From: Rhizophagus irregularis
Lineage: Eukaryota
Assembly (NCBI RefSeq): GCF_026210795.1
Contig: NC_089432.1
Coordinates: forward strand, 3,162,001 to 3,226,000
Reading direction: 5' to 3'
Length of the DNA: 64,000 bases
Below are positions 24,513 to 37,950 of this stretch, piece after piece; position 1 is the first letter of the stretch; each line of letters begins with the position of its first letter. The notes below the pieces were generated by a model. It had not been told where the DNA came from. It ran no database searches and was given only the letters and a program-made list of their open reading frames with translations. The position numbers and the translations under genes are program-made.

Positions 24513-26636
24513 ATGTCAAACAACTCTGAACATGAAGTCATTAATAATTCAAATGAGTGGATTGAAAAGTCTATTGTAAAGAAAAGAATTAAATATTATG
24601 ATCATAAACACTTTAATAATATTCAAGAAATTGGATTCGGAAATTTTGGAAATGTTTATCGTACAAATTTGAATAGTTCTCATAGCTTTTTAGCATTAAA
24701 ATCTTTTATAAATTTCGACATCACTGCTAAAGATATTGTTAATGAAGTAGATATATTATTAATATAAACATTTTTTGTTTTTATGATACGCTATTGCACA
24801 TTAAGCTAAAAATAAATAAAATTATAAATTAGGAACGTAAACTATATCGTGAAGTGGATTTTCATGAAAATATTATTCACTTTTATGGCATTACAACAGG
24901 TATCATAAATATTTTAAAAATTTATTTAACAACTGAAAAATGAAAAAATCTAAAATATTTTTTATTTTTCAAAAGAAATCCAATGTGATAATTCAAAAAA
25001 ATATTTTCTAATGATGGGATATGCCGACAGTGGTACCCTTCGAAATTATTTAAGTGAACGCTTTGAAAATCTCACTTGGAATGATAAATTAAATCTAGCA
25101 TTTCAATTAGCTGACGCTATATCTTATTTGCATGATAAAGAAATCATGCATCATGATTTGGTAGGTTATTTACAGTACTTATTTACATTTCAATATAAGA
25201 CTATACCAAATACAATTATTAATTTTATTTATTATATTCGATAATAGCATTCAAATAATATTTTAGTTCATAGGAATATAATTAAATTGGCCGATTTTGG
25301 GTTGTCAAAAAGGAATGAAATGGTCGCCTATGTTGATCCACAAATTTTTATTATAAATAGTAATAAAAAGTGCGATATTTACAGTACTGGCATACTCTTA
25401 TGGGAAATTTCTAGTGGTCAACCACCCTTTTGTAAGGAACTACATGATGTCAATCCTAGCACACCTGAAGATTATGTGAAAATATATATTGGCAAGTACA
25501 ATTATGTTTAAAATATAATTTATAATATATTATTGATTAATTTTAAGCTTATTTTATATTTAGATTGCTGGAACAATGACCCAGATGATCGTCCAACTAT
25601 CAATCAAGTTGCTGCAACATTAAATGCAATTATTCTAAAAGAAAACATCCAAGTATCAAGTAGACAACAGAATATCATTAAATTTCATGAAAATATTATT
25701 AATAATTCATTACATGAGGAAATGTTTCAAATTATTCAAAATTTTAGTAAAGTAAATATAAAAGAAATCAAACCTTCAATTTCATCAAATCTAATCATAA
25801 ATGACTTTGAAATAATTATTACTGAAATAATTTTCCTTCTTGAAAATATAGAAGTAGTAAGAAAAAAGCATGAAGTTATTAATTATCTCAATGATCAATA
25901 TTTAACTTCACAAGAAATTTATAATTGGTTATTAAATAATCAGGATAATTCAAATTCTATTTTTTTACTTGGAGTGTTTAATCATTTTGGAATTGAAATT
26001 AATGTCGATAAACAAAATGCATTTGAATTTTATCAAAAAGCAGCAAATACAGGACATGCATCAGGAATAACTAGTTTAGGATATTGTTATCATTATGGAT
26101 TTGGAACTAGTATTGATTATCAAAAAGCACTTGAACTATATCAAAAGACTACAAGTTTAGGAAATTCATGGGGAATATATAATTTGGGAGTTTGTTATAA
26201 TAATGGAATTGGAACTATTACTGATAATCAAAAGGCATTTAAACTATTTCAAGAATCTGCAAATTTAGGAAATGTACTTGGAATATCTTATTTAGGATAT
26301 TGCTATGATTATGGGATTGGAACCAGTATCGATGAACAAAAAGCATTTGAGTTATATCAAAAAGCAGCAAATTCAGGAAATATATTTGGTACATCTAGAT
26401 TAGGATATTATTATGAAAATGGAATTGAAACAAGTATTAATGAACAAAAGGCATTTGAACTACATCAAAAGGCTGCAAATTTAGGAAATTGTTTTTCTCA
26501 AAATAATCTTGCTTATATGTATGAAATTGGAAAAGGAGTTGAAAAAGATATAACTCTAGCAATTTATTGGTATAATGAATGTGCTGAACAAGGAAATTTA
26601 GATGCTCAAATTAAATTAATTGATTTAATAAATTAA
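24513..26636 (+). CDS. Kinase-Sel1 copy 3: activation-loop-deleted non-RD kinase + 6 Sel1 repeats, ~600 aa
   Basis: Exons 24513-24746, 24833-24899, 24976-25160, 25248-25491, 25564-26636; intron 4 is GC-AG. Motifs HHDLHSNN and DFGLSKRNEMVAYVDP. Confidence 0.82.
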
Positions 26637-26795
26637 AAGAATTGAATATACAATAAATTATTTATATACTATTGTCTTTATAATAAAAAAGATTATTGAT
26701 TATATTACCGCTAAAGCAGTGAAGTAACAATAAAATAAGTATTTATAAAAATCTTAAATTTTTTAAATGAAATATAAATATATGACACTAACATT

Positions 26796-29700
26796 CCCAA
26801 TAAAAAGTTTTCGCATCAATTTGTACCAAATTTATATCCATAAGTTATGCACTATATCGTGAGCCCATTTGGCACAAAATTTGTACTGTATTTATTTTAA
26901 GCTTATTCAAGTTGTAGTCCAGCTTTAATCTATTTTTGTATATAGATTTATACCATTTTTATATCTAAATTTGTGCCAAATAAATCTGTATATGAGCCAC
27001 TTTTTTATATGTAGTTATATTAAATATATTCCAATTATGAGCTATTTTGAATATAAATTTGTACATGTACGTATTAACAAATTTTATATTTGTGTCACGC
27101 AGTTTTAATCTATTTGTATTACATATGTTTAATATATTTTAAAGTAGAAAACAAATAATTAAACTTTTATAAAAATAAGAAGTTATTGACATGATAATAA
27201 CCTAAGTACCAGAATATTAGGTTTCTTCAGAGTTCGAAGCTGTATTCTTCCTATAAAACGCCCCAAAAAAGAAAGGAACAAAATTTTAGTTAATAAATAT
27301 TTCATTAATATAAAGACTTAAAGAAAAAACCCACATGCAAAATTCCAAACGTCTAAAAATCAGAAGAGCCGGTCTTCTAAAAAAAAGAAAAAAAATAACG
27401 AAATATAAGTAAAATTTCGTTAAAAAATGATAATAAAAAGTCCATTAAAAACCCACAGAAAACAAATCCCCAGATCAAAAATTGCTGAATTCTGAGTTCC
27501 ATGCTCTGTCCCATCTAAAAAAATGAATGAATGAAATGTTAGAAACTGAAACATTTTATTAAAAGAGATATATTAAAAAAAACTCCTCTTCTTACCAAAA
27601 TCTAACATGTCCGAAGGCTAAAACAAAGAAAAAATCTAAAAAAAAGAAAAATTAACACATGAACAAAAAAATACAACAAAATAATAAAAAAAAGTGCTAC
27701 CTCCACTTTTATGAAATAAAAATGAAACCTAAAAAAAAAATGATGTTAACAATTTTAACAGTAAAGAAATAGAAAAAAAAAGAAAAATAAACACCCACCT
27801 GGCCGTCTCCAGTTTGGAAAGCTTGTGTTTTCCATATTCTTGGTAAGCTTTTATTTTTTTTCTTCTTGGGAAATAGTTTTCTTGGAATTTTGATGTTTCT
27901 AGTTAATGAAAAGGGAAGAATGAAAGAGAGGAAGAAAGAGAGGAGGGAGGAAAAACGAAAGAGAAAGTTTTATTAAAAAAAAGTTAAAAAAAAAGTTAAA
28001 AAAAAAAAGTTTTTTTATTTATTTATTTTATGTGAAGACGGATAGGCTATTAACAGGACATATACCTAACGGTGCTACCTTACATCTAGCTATCATCCAC
28101 CCTAGGGCGGACCCGAACTTCTTTGAATCCATCGAACCAGATTGATCCCCTCCGCTACCGAATAGGGACCAATGTCCAAGAAAAAGTATGAACTATATAA
28201 AGAACCCTAACGAAATAATAAGAAGTTGTGGCGATCTAAACATTATAAATAGCTAAATTCAATTAATTGACGAGCATTAATCCGTATTTTTCTTTCAACC
28301 ACAAGGGTTGCCACCTGTAAATACTGTAAGAGGTGGAATGGTTTACACTATTTTAGGTTGTGAAAAATCTAACGTAAAAAAAAAGAACCAAAATGCTAAA
28401 AAGCATGTACAAAAAGAAACTAATATATGTATAAGTGGTTATATTAAAATGACTAACAAATTCTTAAGTAGTACGAGTAGAGGAACTGTTTTCTAAATCC
28501 ATCGAGGCGGATAATATACAAACCTTTTTATCTATATGATAGCTATAATGAGTATCTAAATTGCCATTATCTCTGGCACTTCGTTTAAGCGGTCGATCGT
28601 CCATGATAGCACAAGGCTGATATGCCAGACTATAATCACTCTTATAGTATTCCATGTAAAAAATATCATCCTCATTGATGACCCTAGAATGTAAGTCTGC
28701 TAAGATTTCAGTATCTTCCTGTTTTTTCCGTTCAAATTCTTTCAATTTTTGTGAGTGACGCTTTTCGCGTTTTTTGCGTTCGCTGTTTTTAATCGGTCCA
28801 GTTACAATTGGTAATTCAGGAGGTACTGACGATGAAATTTCTAATAATTTCATTTCATATTCATGTTTGTTGTTTGTGACTTGCATTATAAGATCGCAAA
28901 GATCTCTCCGATATTCACCTTGATCGGGGGTAGTTTCCCATTGTATTCCAGCATCGATTTTTCCTTGTTCATATTTTGTCGATGATATGTAATCATCATA
29001 AATTTCTTTCATGAGGGCTAGCCAGCCATCACTGCCAACTGCAAGTGGTTGTAGTTGTTTTGTCTGAATTTTTAAACGAGAAGGTTGATTCAATCGACCA
29101 CCTTCGTAAATGGGAAATGGAGGGATCAAAGGAATATAATGTTCAGGTACATTCTCCCAATTGTTTGTGTTGACTGGGGATTTAGAATTCTTAGATGATG
29201 TAGACGCAACAGAGCTATCGATGCAAATCGGTTCCACTATAGCAGGTACAGATACAGTCCTTGGTTTATGAAAAGGGATCGGAAAGGTATAATAACCTTT
29301 TGATGGTACGACAAATCTTTTCTTGTATCGAAGGTGTTTAATGGGAGTGATAAAACTTTGATTTTCGTGGAATAATAGTTTGTGATGTCGTGCAACTTGG
29401 AGTTTATCTTCCGTTAGCGCATTGTCATCCAACTTGGCGTTGTGAAAAGTGTGTCTAACCAGAGCATTAAAACGTGCTTCTTGATTTTTCTTTACCTTTG
29501 GAGAAGAACTGGGAGTAAATTGAAGATTCCCATAAGTTTTGCCATAAATAAAATCAAATCCTTTTGTAGCGACGACGTTAGTGTTATATGCGTGGTATGA
29601 TGTGGTGAAAGAGATTCCCAATCGGTTCGAAAAATTCTGATGAAATTTCTTTTTAGTCCATCTGTTGTAGAGGCGAGATGCGTGAAAATCTTTGAATGTT

Positions 29701-30691
29701 TTACAACGACTAAAGTCAGGAATTTTGTTGTCCTTCGAGATACAGTATAGAACTAGATTCTTATGGTGTATGATGCAGGCATGACGGTGATGTGACATTG
29801 TAAAGGGGACCGGAATGGAGCAAGTCGCAGTAGTATTGGGAAGTAAACCTACTGTATGAGTATGATTACATGGGAGGTAAATTCCAAAATAAAATCTATA
29901 TTTTTTATACGAAAAATTAAAAAAAGTTTTAGTCATGTGATTGCTTTTGTCTTTTTTTTGGGCACGTGATCTTATAAAATCCAAACGCTCCAATAGTTTT
30001 TTACGAATATATGTAAAAAATTTTTCTTGCAATCTTCGAGGAATAACTTTTTGTGTTGAAAAAAAGTGCGTGAGCTGTTTCGATATTTGAAATTTGAAAT
30101 TAGGGAGTCAGCTTGTGGAATCGTGATTAATCGGGTTAGAGGACATATGATAATCATTTGTGTAAATCTTCAATTGAAGTTGATTGGTGTCTGGTAAATG
30201 ATCAACCAGCTCAAAAAAGAAACTTTTTGAGCGCCTAAAATTGTAAATCTTGTTATAACCGGCTCTATGGTGTGGAGTCACGTGGAACTTTTTGTATTTT
30301 GTAGAAAAAATATAAGTTTTGTTAGGCGAAGAAAAAGGCCTAATATCATCAAAGTCGTTATGAAATGAAGGTGTATCCGATAAAGTGTCATCAATAGGAG
30401 GTACTGTTTGTAAAGTATCATGGTTGAAAATGAAGTCATCAGGACCAGCAGGTGTATAGTTGTATCCGGGTGCAAGAGCAAAATCATCAGCTCTTGGAAA
30501 ATAAGACATAACCAACCCTTAAATATGGGTATAATGAGAACAATAAAACCTCGTCTTATGCCCGAGGCGCCCTTTGGGGCCTCTTCCCTTTAGTTGTTTC
30601 AAATAGAAACTAAAAAAAATAAACTTGCGCAAAATTACTGCGGGAAATTACCGAAATGAAGAAAAAGGGGAAAGAGTTTTTTTTTTTTTTA

Positions 30692-30728
<37 letters not shown>

Positions 30729-31305
30729 AAAAAAGAGATCGGAGATCAGTATTAATAATAATATTTCACGTGATACACATACACGTGATATGCAATTTCA
30801 AAAATGTTTAATGTGTTTGATCGTTACGTAGGATTTTTAGTAGTAGTAAATTTTTACTATATTATTGATAAGGTCGATAATCCAGATAAGAGCACTTATA
30901 TATTTCAGAAAAAGAATAAATGTTAAATGTTACATGAAGAAATACTGCCAAATTAGTACGAATTTAGTATATAATTAAAAAAAACCATAACTAGTACAAA
31001 TTTAGTATATGGTTCAAAAAAAATTCAAAATGTGTAATTAATACGAATATAGATATAAAACTAGTATAAAACTAAGCAACTAGTACAAATTTAGCATATT
31101 ACGAGTATAAAATTGAGTGATTAACACAAATTTAGTACATATATAATTAGTACAAAACCAAGCAAATAGTACAAGTTTAGTACATTATTAAAAAATAATT
31201 TTTTTAAATTTTATTAAGTGGCTCAAATTTAGTATATAAAATTAACAATATACATAAATTCCAAATGAATACAATATAAATTATAAACGATGACTATTTA
31301 CTGGG
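26796..31305. mobile_element. CACTA/CMC-like element (CCC..GGG) with 3-bp TSD ATT, carrying a long ORF
   Basis: TIR CCCAATAAAAAGT vs (reverse complement) CCCAGTAAATAGT. Flanks ACATT|...|ATTGTAACAA match empty sites CATTGTAACAA at 4745 and 40081. Subterminal (TA)GTACAAAT repeats lie in opposite orientation on the two arms. Confidence 0.85.
28464..30509 (-). CDS. Uncharacterised intronless 681-codon ORF with one in-frame TGA (30110-30108)
   Basis: The ORFs 30515-30108 and 30032-28464 are in the same frame and joined by 25 sense codons (LPNFKFQISKQLTHFFSTQKVIPRR). Basic and His/Cys-containing central region; no transposase or RT motifs recognised. Confidence 0.7.
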
Positions 31306-31824
31306 ATTGTAACAAGTAACATTAACCAATTTAACACAACCAAACATATGGAAGTGCATTTTTATGCAGAATGTAAGTTTCTTTACTAAAGTTAGTTTGG
31401 TCTTTTCTGTTTTAAGTTTTTAAATTATTGTGAACTAACTACTAGCACACTTCTTTACAGTCGTCATTACCAGCCATATTACAGGACTATCACTTCTTAT
31501 TTCACGTGAAAAGTGATAATATGCTAAGGAATTTTATTATTTGCTGCTTGTTTTGAAAAAATAATTAATTTTTTGAATTGATAAATATAGTTTTAATTTG
31601 ACTTTATTTGACGGTTATTTACAGTATAAAAAATAAATCTGCTCTATAAATAATAATTTCATTAATTAAATCGCAAAAAAAAATTATATATTATTTGGTA
31701 TGCATTTATTGATTTTTTATTTATTAAATATAATAGGACGTCGAACCAAAAAACGCAACAAATTGAAAAAACCTTTACCACCTTTACCACCTAATCTACT
31801 AGGCGATCCTCACATATATTATTG

Positions 31825-32021
31825 CCCTGAAAAAATCTGATCCGTGTTTTATCTTTCCATGTTTTTCCGTGAATGTATCATTTTCATGGAATTTATAGCC
31901 TTAAATCATGGAAATTTTCATCTCACTAACACGGATATCCGTGAATGTATCATTTTCACGGAATTTTTATGGAAGACATGGAGAAATAATGGAAATATTC
32001 GGAAAAAAATTTTTTATAGGG
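31825..32021. mobile_element. 197-bp CCCT..AGGG MITE, 3-bp TSD TTG
   Basis: TTG|CCCTGAAAAAA ... TTTTTTATAGGG|TTG, with internal TCCGTGAATGTATCATTTTCA repeats. Confidence 0.85.
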
Positions 32022-33848
32022 TTGTAATACCTACAATATTGACCTTTTTGACAACAAAGTTAGACGACGTTTTAACGTCAGTTCACGCCTACAGTACAAT
32101 TACGGCTATAATAAAGCCGTTGAACGCTACAAACAATTTCAGCAATGACGCTCAAGCCTTAGCTACATCGAAGACATCAGTCATAAAGCAAACAACTCAG
32201 GATTTTTCCAAATATCAAATCAAGATCAAAATATTATTAATAACCCTTCAATTCTTTCAGACGTACAGTATAACACCCTTTCGTGATGGGGACGAATTTT
32301 CCATCGCGTCAAAACATCCTCAAGCTTTGACATCATCAAATACAAAAGTTACACCTCCCAGCTACACCGGCACATGATTAAATAGAACATCCCAAAATAT
32401 AAAAACAATTATGGACCTATAACAACTACATCATTCTATACTTGACAGTATTTACGTATAGTAACTAGTTAAAAGAAAAATACGGATGAATTGGCTTGAA
32501 TTCTTTTTTTGTTTTTTCTTGTTCGCCTGGGTTTCATTGTTTACTATTGTTGTTCTTTATTGGTCATGGTAGAGAACAGGAGGTTTCTCATTACAAGTGA
32601 GAATCTAAGTAGTTTTTACTAGATGATAACCGTCCTGCTGTAGCACTATACTTTCTTTGATTGTATTATAGTTTTACTTAGACTGCTGCCTGCTTGACAT
32701 AAAATAGATAAATAAAACAAATTATTTTATATAAATAATTATTGTAATAAAGCGTAAAAGCACTAATTTTTAAATTTTCTGTTATAAAGGCAATAAATTA
32801 AGATCAATTTCAATAAGCAAATAAACAAACATTATTTTTGATGAAATACAGTAGTTTTAAATACGTGTAAAAAAAAAATACTAATTACTTCATAAAAATT
32901 AATGCCTAAAACAACTCAACACCCGCTAAATGATTCCAAGGACTTGTTTCGGTTAAAAATACACTGTAATTTAACATAAAAGATATAATATTGTTATGAA
33001 TATTAAAGTTGTTTAATAAAATTAATACTCAAGTGGTTCCATACCTGCTGAACAAACTTCACTTAAGCTTCTAACAAAAACATTGAAATCGTGCTATAAA
33101 ATTGAAAATAAATGTATTATGACAATTTAACAACAATATTAATAAAATTATTTGTATTCCATACTAGTTATATGACTTTCATTAAACTTGAAGTATTATA
33201 AAAAAAATGCGTTTATTATAAACAAAAATAGTATCATGCAGTTTAACAATAATATTCCATAGTTAAGTTTTTTAAGAAAATTTAATATTTTAATATGGAA
33301 AAAGAAAAAAAAGAAGAGTTCGTGGAGAAATAATTTTGTTTATTTTTTATTTTTATTTTTATTTTCAAAGCGAACTAAGCTACAGTACAAATTGCATAAA
33401 ACTATAAGCCCAAACCAAAACACAAAGGAGACGGTATCGCCTTTGGTTGTCCTGAAAGGAATCGACGTAAAAAAGGTTTTTGTAAAAAATTTACTGCGGA
33501 TTTCTAATAAAACGGACAGAAAGTGGAGGGAATTTTTTTAAGTAATTTTTGTTGTACCGATAAACAACAGTCACAAGATTCTGTGTAAAGCACGTGACTT
33601 GTATAAAGTGAGTTACGTTAAGATGAAAAAAATTTCACTTTACGTTACATAATGAATATTTACGTTACGCACTTATCAGATCTCTTTCTAATTTCTATAC
33701 AAGAATGACACAAATTCATTTTTTTGGAAATGCCGGAACGCCAATTTCTATAAATAGTACAAAATATAAATTGTACAAAATCTTTTTTTCTCTTAAACTT
33801 TTTAACGTAAATTAAATTTTACAATAAAAACATTTCTATACTTAAACA

Positions 33849-35965
33849 ATGTCCAACAATCCTGAACCTAAAGATATTAGTAATTCAAATGAGTGGATTA
33901 ATTGGATTGAAGAATCTATTACAAAGAAACAAATTAATAAATATTACGATCATAAACACTATGATAATATTCAAGAAATTGGATTCGGAAAATTCGAAAA
34001 AGTTTATCGTGCAAATTGGAAAAGTTCTTATCGCTTTTTATCATTAAAATCTTTTATAAATTTCGACATCACAGCTAAAGAAATTGTTAATGAAGTAAAT
34101 ATAATATTAATGTGAACATTTTTGTTATGATATGCTAATACACATTACGTTTCTAATTTATAATTTTATTTATTTTAGCTTAAACTTCAGCGTGAAGTGG
34201 ATTTTCATGAAAACATTATTCGCTTTTATGGCATCACAACAGGTATCATAAATATTTTAAAAATTTATTTAACAACCAAAAACGAAAAAATCTAAGATAT
34301 GTTTATTTTCAAAAGAAATCCAATGTGATAATTCAAAAAAATATTTGCTAATGATGGAATATGCCGATAGTGGTACCCTTCGAAATTATTTAAGCGAACG
34401 TTTTGAAAATCTCACATGGAACGGTAAATTAAATCTTGCATTTCAATTAGCTGACGCTATATCTTATTTACATGATAAAGAAATTATGTATTATGACTTG
34501 GTAGGTTATTTACAGTATTTATTTACATTTTAATATAAGACTATATCAATATACCAAATACAATTATTAATTTTATTTATTATATTTTTATAATAGCACT
34601 CAAATAATATCTTAGTTCAAAGGAATATAATCAAATTGTCTGATTTTGGGTTGTCAAAAAGGAATGAAATGGTCGCCTATGTTGATCCACAAATTTTTAT
34701 TAGAAATAATGATAAAAAGTGCGATATTTACAGTACTGGCGTACTCTTATGGGAAATTTCTAGTGGAAAATCACCCCTTTGTAAAAAACCGCATGATGTC
34801 AGTCCTATCACACCTGAAGATTATGTGAAAATATATACTGGCAAGTACAATTGCTATGTTTAGAATATGATTTATAATATAATATTATTAATTTTAAGCC
34901 TATTTTATATTATTTAGATTGCTTGAACAATGACCCAAATGATCGTCCAACTATCAACCAGATTGCAGGAAAAATAAATGCAATTATTCTAAAAGAAAAT
35001 GTTCAAGTATCAAGTAAACAACAGAATATCAATATTATTAATAATTCATTACATGAAGAAATGTTTCAAATTGTTCAAAATTTTAGTAAAGTAAATATAA
35101 AAGAAATAGAACCTTTAGTTTCATCAAATCTAATTATAAATGATTTTGAAATAATAATTGAAGAAATAATTCTCCTTCTTGAAAATATAGGAGCAGTATG
35201 GAAAAAGCATGAAGTTATTAATTACCTTAATAATCATAATTTAACTTTACAAGAAATTTATAATTGGTTATTAAATGATCAGGAAAACTCAAATTCTATT
35301 TTTTTACTTGGAGTATTTAATCATTTTGGAATTGAAATTAAGGTTGATAAACAAAAAGCATTTGAATTATATCAAAAAGCAGCAAATACAGGACATGCAT
35401 TTGGAATAACTAGTTTAGGATATTGTTATCATTATGGAATTGGAACTAATATTGATCATCAAAAAACATTTAAACTATACCAAAAGACTGCAAATTTAGG
35501 AAATCCACGTGGATTATATAATTTGGGAGTTTGTTATAATAATGGAGTTGGAACTTGTATTGATAAACAAAAGGCATTTAAACTATTTCAAGAATCTGCG
35601 AATTTAGGAAATTTACTTGGAATGTCTGGTTTGGAATATTGCTATAGTTATGGGTTTGGGAACCAGTTTTGATAAATAAAAGGCATCTGAGTTATATCAA
35701 AAAGCAAGAAATTCAAGAAATACATTTGGTAATTGGTATAACTACTACTAGATTAAGATATTTATTATGAAAAAGGAATTGTAACAAATGTTAAATCAAA
35801 TAGCTGCAAATTTAGGAGATTGTTTTTCTCAATGTAACCTTGCTTTTATGTATGAAAATGAAAAGGGTTGAAAAGGATATTAATCAAGCAATTTATTGGT
35901 ATAAAAAATGTTCTGAATAAGGAGATCTGAAAGCTCATTATAAATTAATTTGATTAATAAGTTAA
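33849..35965 (+). pseudogene. Kinase-Sel1 copy 4: degenerate kinase (GFGKFE, YYD), frameshifted in Sel1 repeat 4; could encode ~497 aa ending at 35672
   Basis: Exons 33849-34094, 34179-34242, 34316-34500, 34597-34840 (GC donor), 34918-35672. Decayed repeats 5-6 follow with stops. Confidence 0.78.
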
Positions 35966-36948
35966 AGAGTTGAATATATAATAAATTATTTATGAATTAT
36001 TAGCTTCATGGCAAAAAAAAAATTACAGGTTATTTTATTTTATTGCTTGTTAAAATATTAATGTAAGTATTCGATGGTATCCAAAAAAATCCTTTACTTT
36101 TTAAAGTGAAACATAAAGTTATGACACTGACACTATAACAAATATCACTATCCAATCCAATCTAAAATTCACTGGCAAACATAGAAGTGCAAAATGTGTA
36201 GAATACAAGCAAGTTATTACTATACTAGTAATTTCTGGTTTAAGTATTTAAATTGTTAATATAGTAACTACTAGCTAGTATATTTTTTTACAGTAGCCGC
36301 TACAGTCATACGCACTTCTTATTTCACGATAATATGTAGTGGATTTTATGTTTGCTAATTGTTTTGGAAAAATACATTTATTATAAGTTTGTAAATTATA
36401 ATTTTAACTTTACTTTATTTGGTTATATGCAATATAAAGATAAATCTAGTACTTATGAATAATAATCTCAATAATTGTAGTTGCAAAAGGAACGTTAGTA
36501 TATGATTATTATTTATAAATAGGAAGGTTGCTAACGCTAAATTTTACTTTTAGCTTCGGTTTATTTTATATATGAATTATTTCTGGGATTATCTTGAAGA
36601 TTTATTGTGAAGAGGTTAATATATTCCCTATTATTAGAAATGTATATATCCGTTATATAAATTAAATATAAATTCTATTATTCAAATGAGTTTATAACAA
36701 AAAGTTTTAGAGAATATGAATCAACAATTCCACAAATCACTATCTAACTGAAAAGCTACTAGCTTATCGGTATTTTATAACTTCATATTAAAACAATAAA
36801 TACAAAGAAAATAAACCGAAAAGGACATTTATATTGTATAGTATATACATTTGAACAAAATAAAGTTTCCATAAGATTAAGTTTATTGAATAAATTACCT
36901 TTCTGGTTAATGTCGTTCAAAAAAAAAAATTTTCTTGAAAAAAAGGTA

Positions 36949-37477
36949 CCGCATAGCCTTTTTGGCGTACCATATAAAATACCGTCTCTGATATACCAAA
37001 AATGTGATATGTAGCTCTATTTTATTTCCTAAAATTAGAATATTTAATCAATAGGAATTGATTGATCGGCATTTTGATCACAAAAAATAAAAACCAACCA
37101 AAATTTGCGATTAAAGTTCAATTTTGAGCAGATGATTGATTGATCGTGATAAACTATTAACCAACCAATTAGATAGTGTTTTGTTGTTTTTGTTTATTTC
37201 CGTCAGTATGTTTTTATCTACTCGACCAAAAAGACCTACGTTTTTGGTGGTTCACGTTGAACGGTCAGTTGATCATTCTAACAGTTAAAATTTGTTGATC
37301 ATAATTTTAGTGTAACCGATCAAAAATCACAATTCTGAAGTAGACTAATATTATAAATCGAATTTAAAATTTTCATATATTAAATTTGTCTTGTACTGAC
37401 AGGATGAACGTACACACCCGAGTATAATTCAATTTTTAAATCGCTGAAATTGATATATCTTAGGCAGTGCTATACGG
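36949..37477. mobile_element. Tc1/mariner-type non-autonomous insertion, TA TSD
   Basis: TA|CCGCATAGC ... GCTATACGG|TA. Empty paralogous site at ~11960 (ATGTATTCCAAGACTTCTGG). Confidence 0.65.
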
Positions 37478-37950
37478 TATTTTAAGATTTCTGGAACTTT
37501 GATTAATTGAATCTGTTAGATAAAGTCGTCATCCAATTTTGGCTACTAACAATTTAACGATTTCTAAAGCGTATTAAAGATATATGTATTGATCGTACAG
37601 TAATTAATTTAGGAATTAAAATTTTTATAAACTTGTATAAAAAAGAAATCTCACTTAAAATGATAAATTCGATATAAGGAAATAAGGAAGTTAAATTTCA
37701 TGGTATTATGTTTCATGCAAAAAAAAAAAAATTTCAGGACGGATTATATGTTAAGTAAAAGTATTTACGAACAGTCTAACGTAGGACAACGTTGAATTAA
37801 ATTTTTTCCGCCGCATGAGCGTAACACAAATTCATTTTTGGAAATGTCAGAACGCCAATTCTATAAATAGCATAAATTTCTTCTATAAATAGAATAAAAT
37901 TTTTTTTTTTACTTTTTTAATTTCTGCAGAAAAGCTGTACTTAGTAGACA

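Noticed and set aside
27195..27240. Minus-strand CTGAAGA followed by a 7-bp stem (AACCTAA/TTAGGTT), resembling a hammerhead ribozyme core
   Set aside because: The required GAAA after stem II is absent (ATTA instead) and no stems I/III were found.
31844..32377. 177-aa ORF
   Set aside because: Its first third is MITE sequence (31825-32021) and the rest has no recognisable domain; probably a chance fusion.
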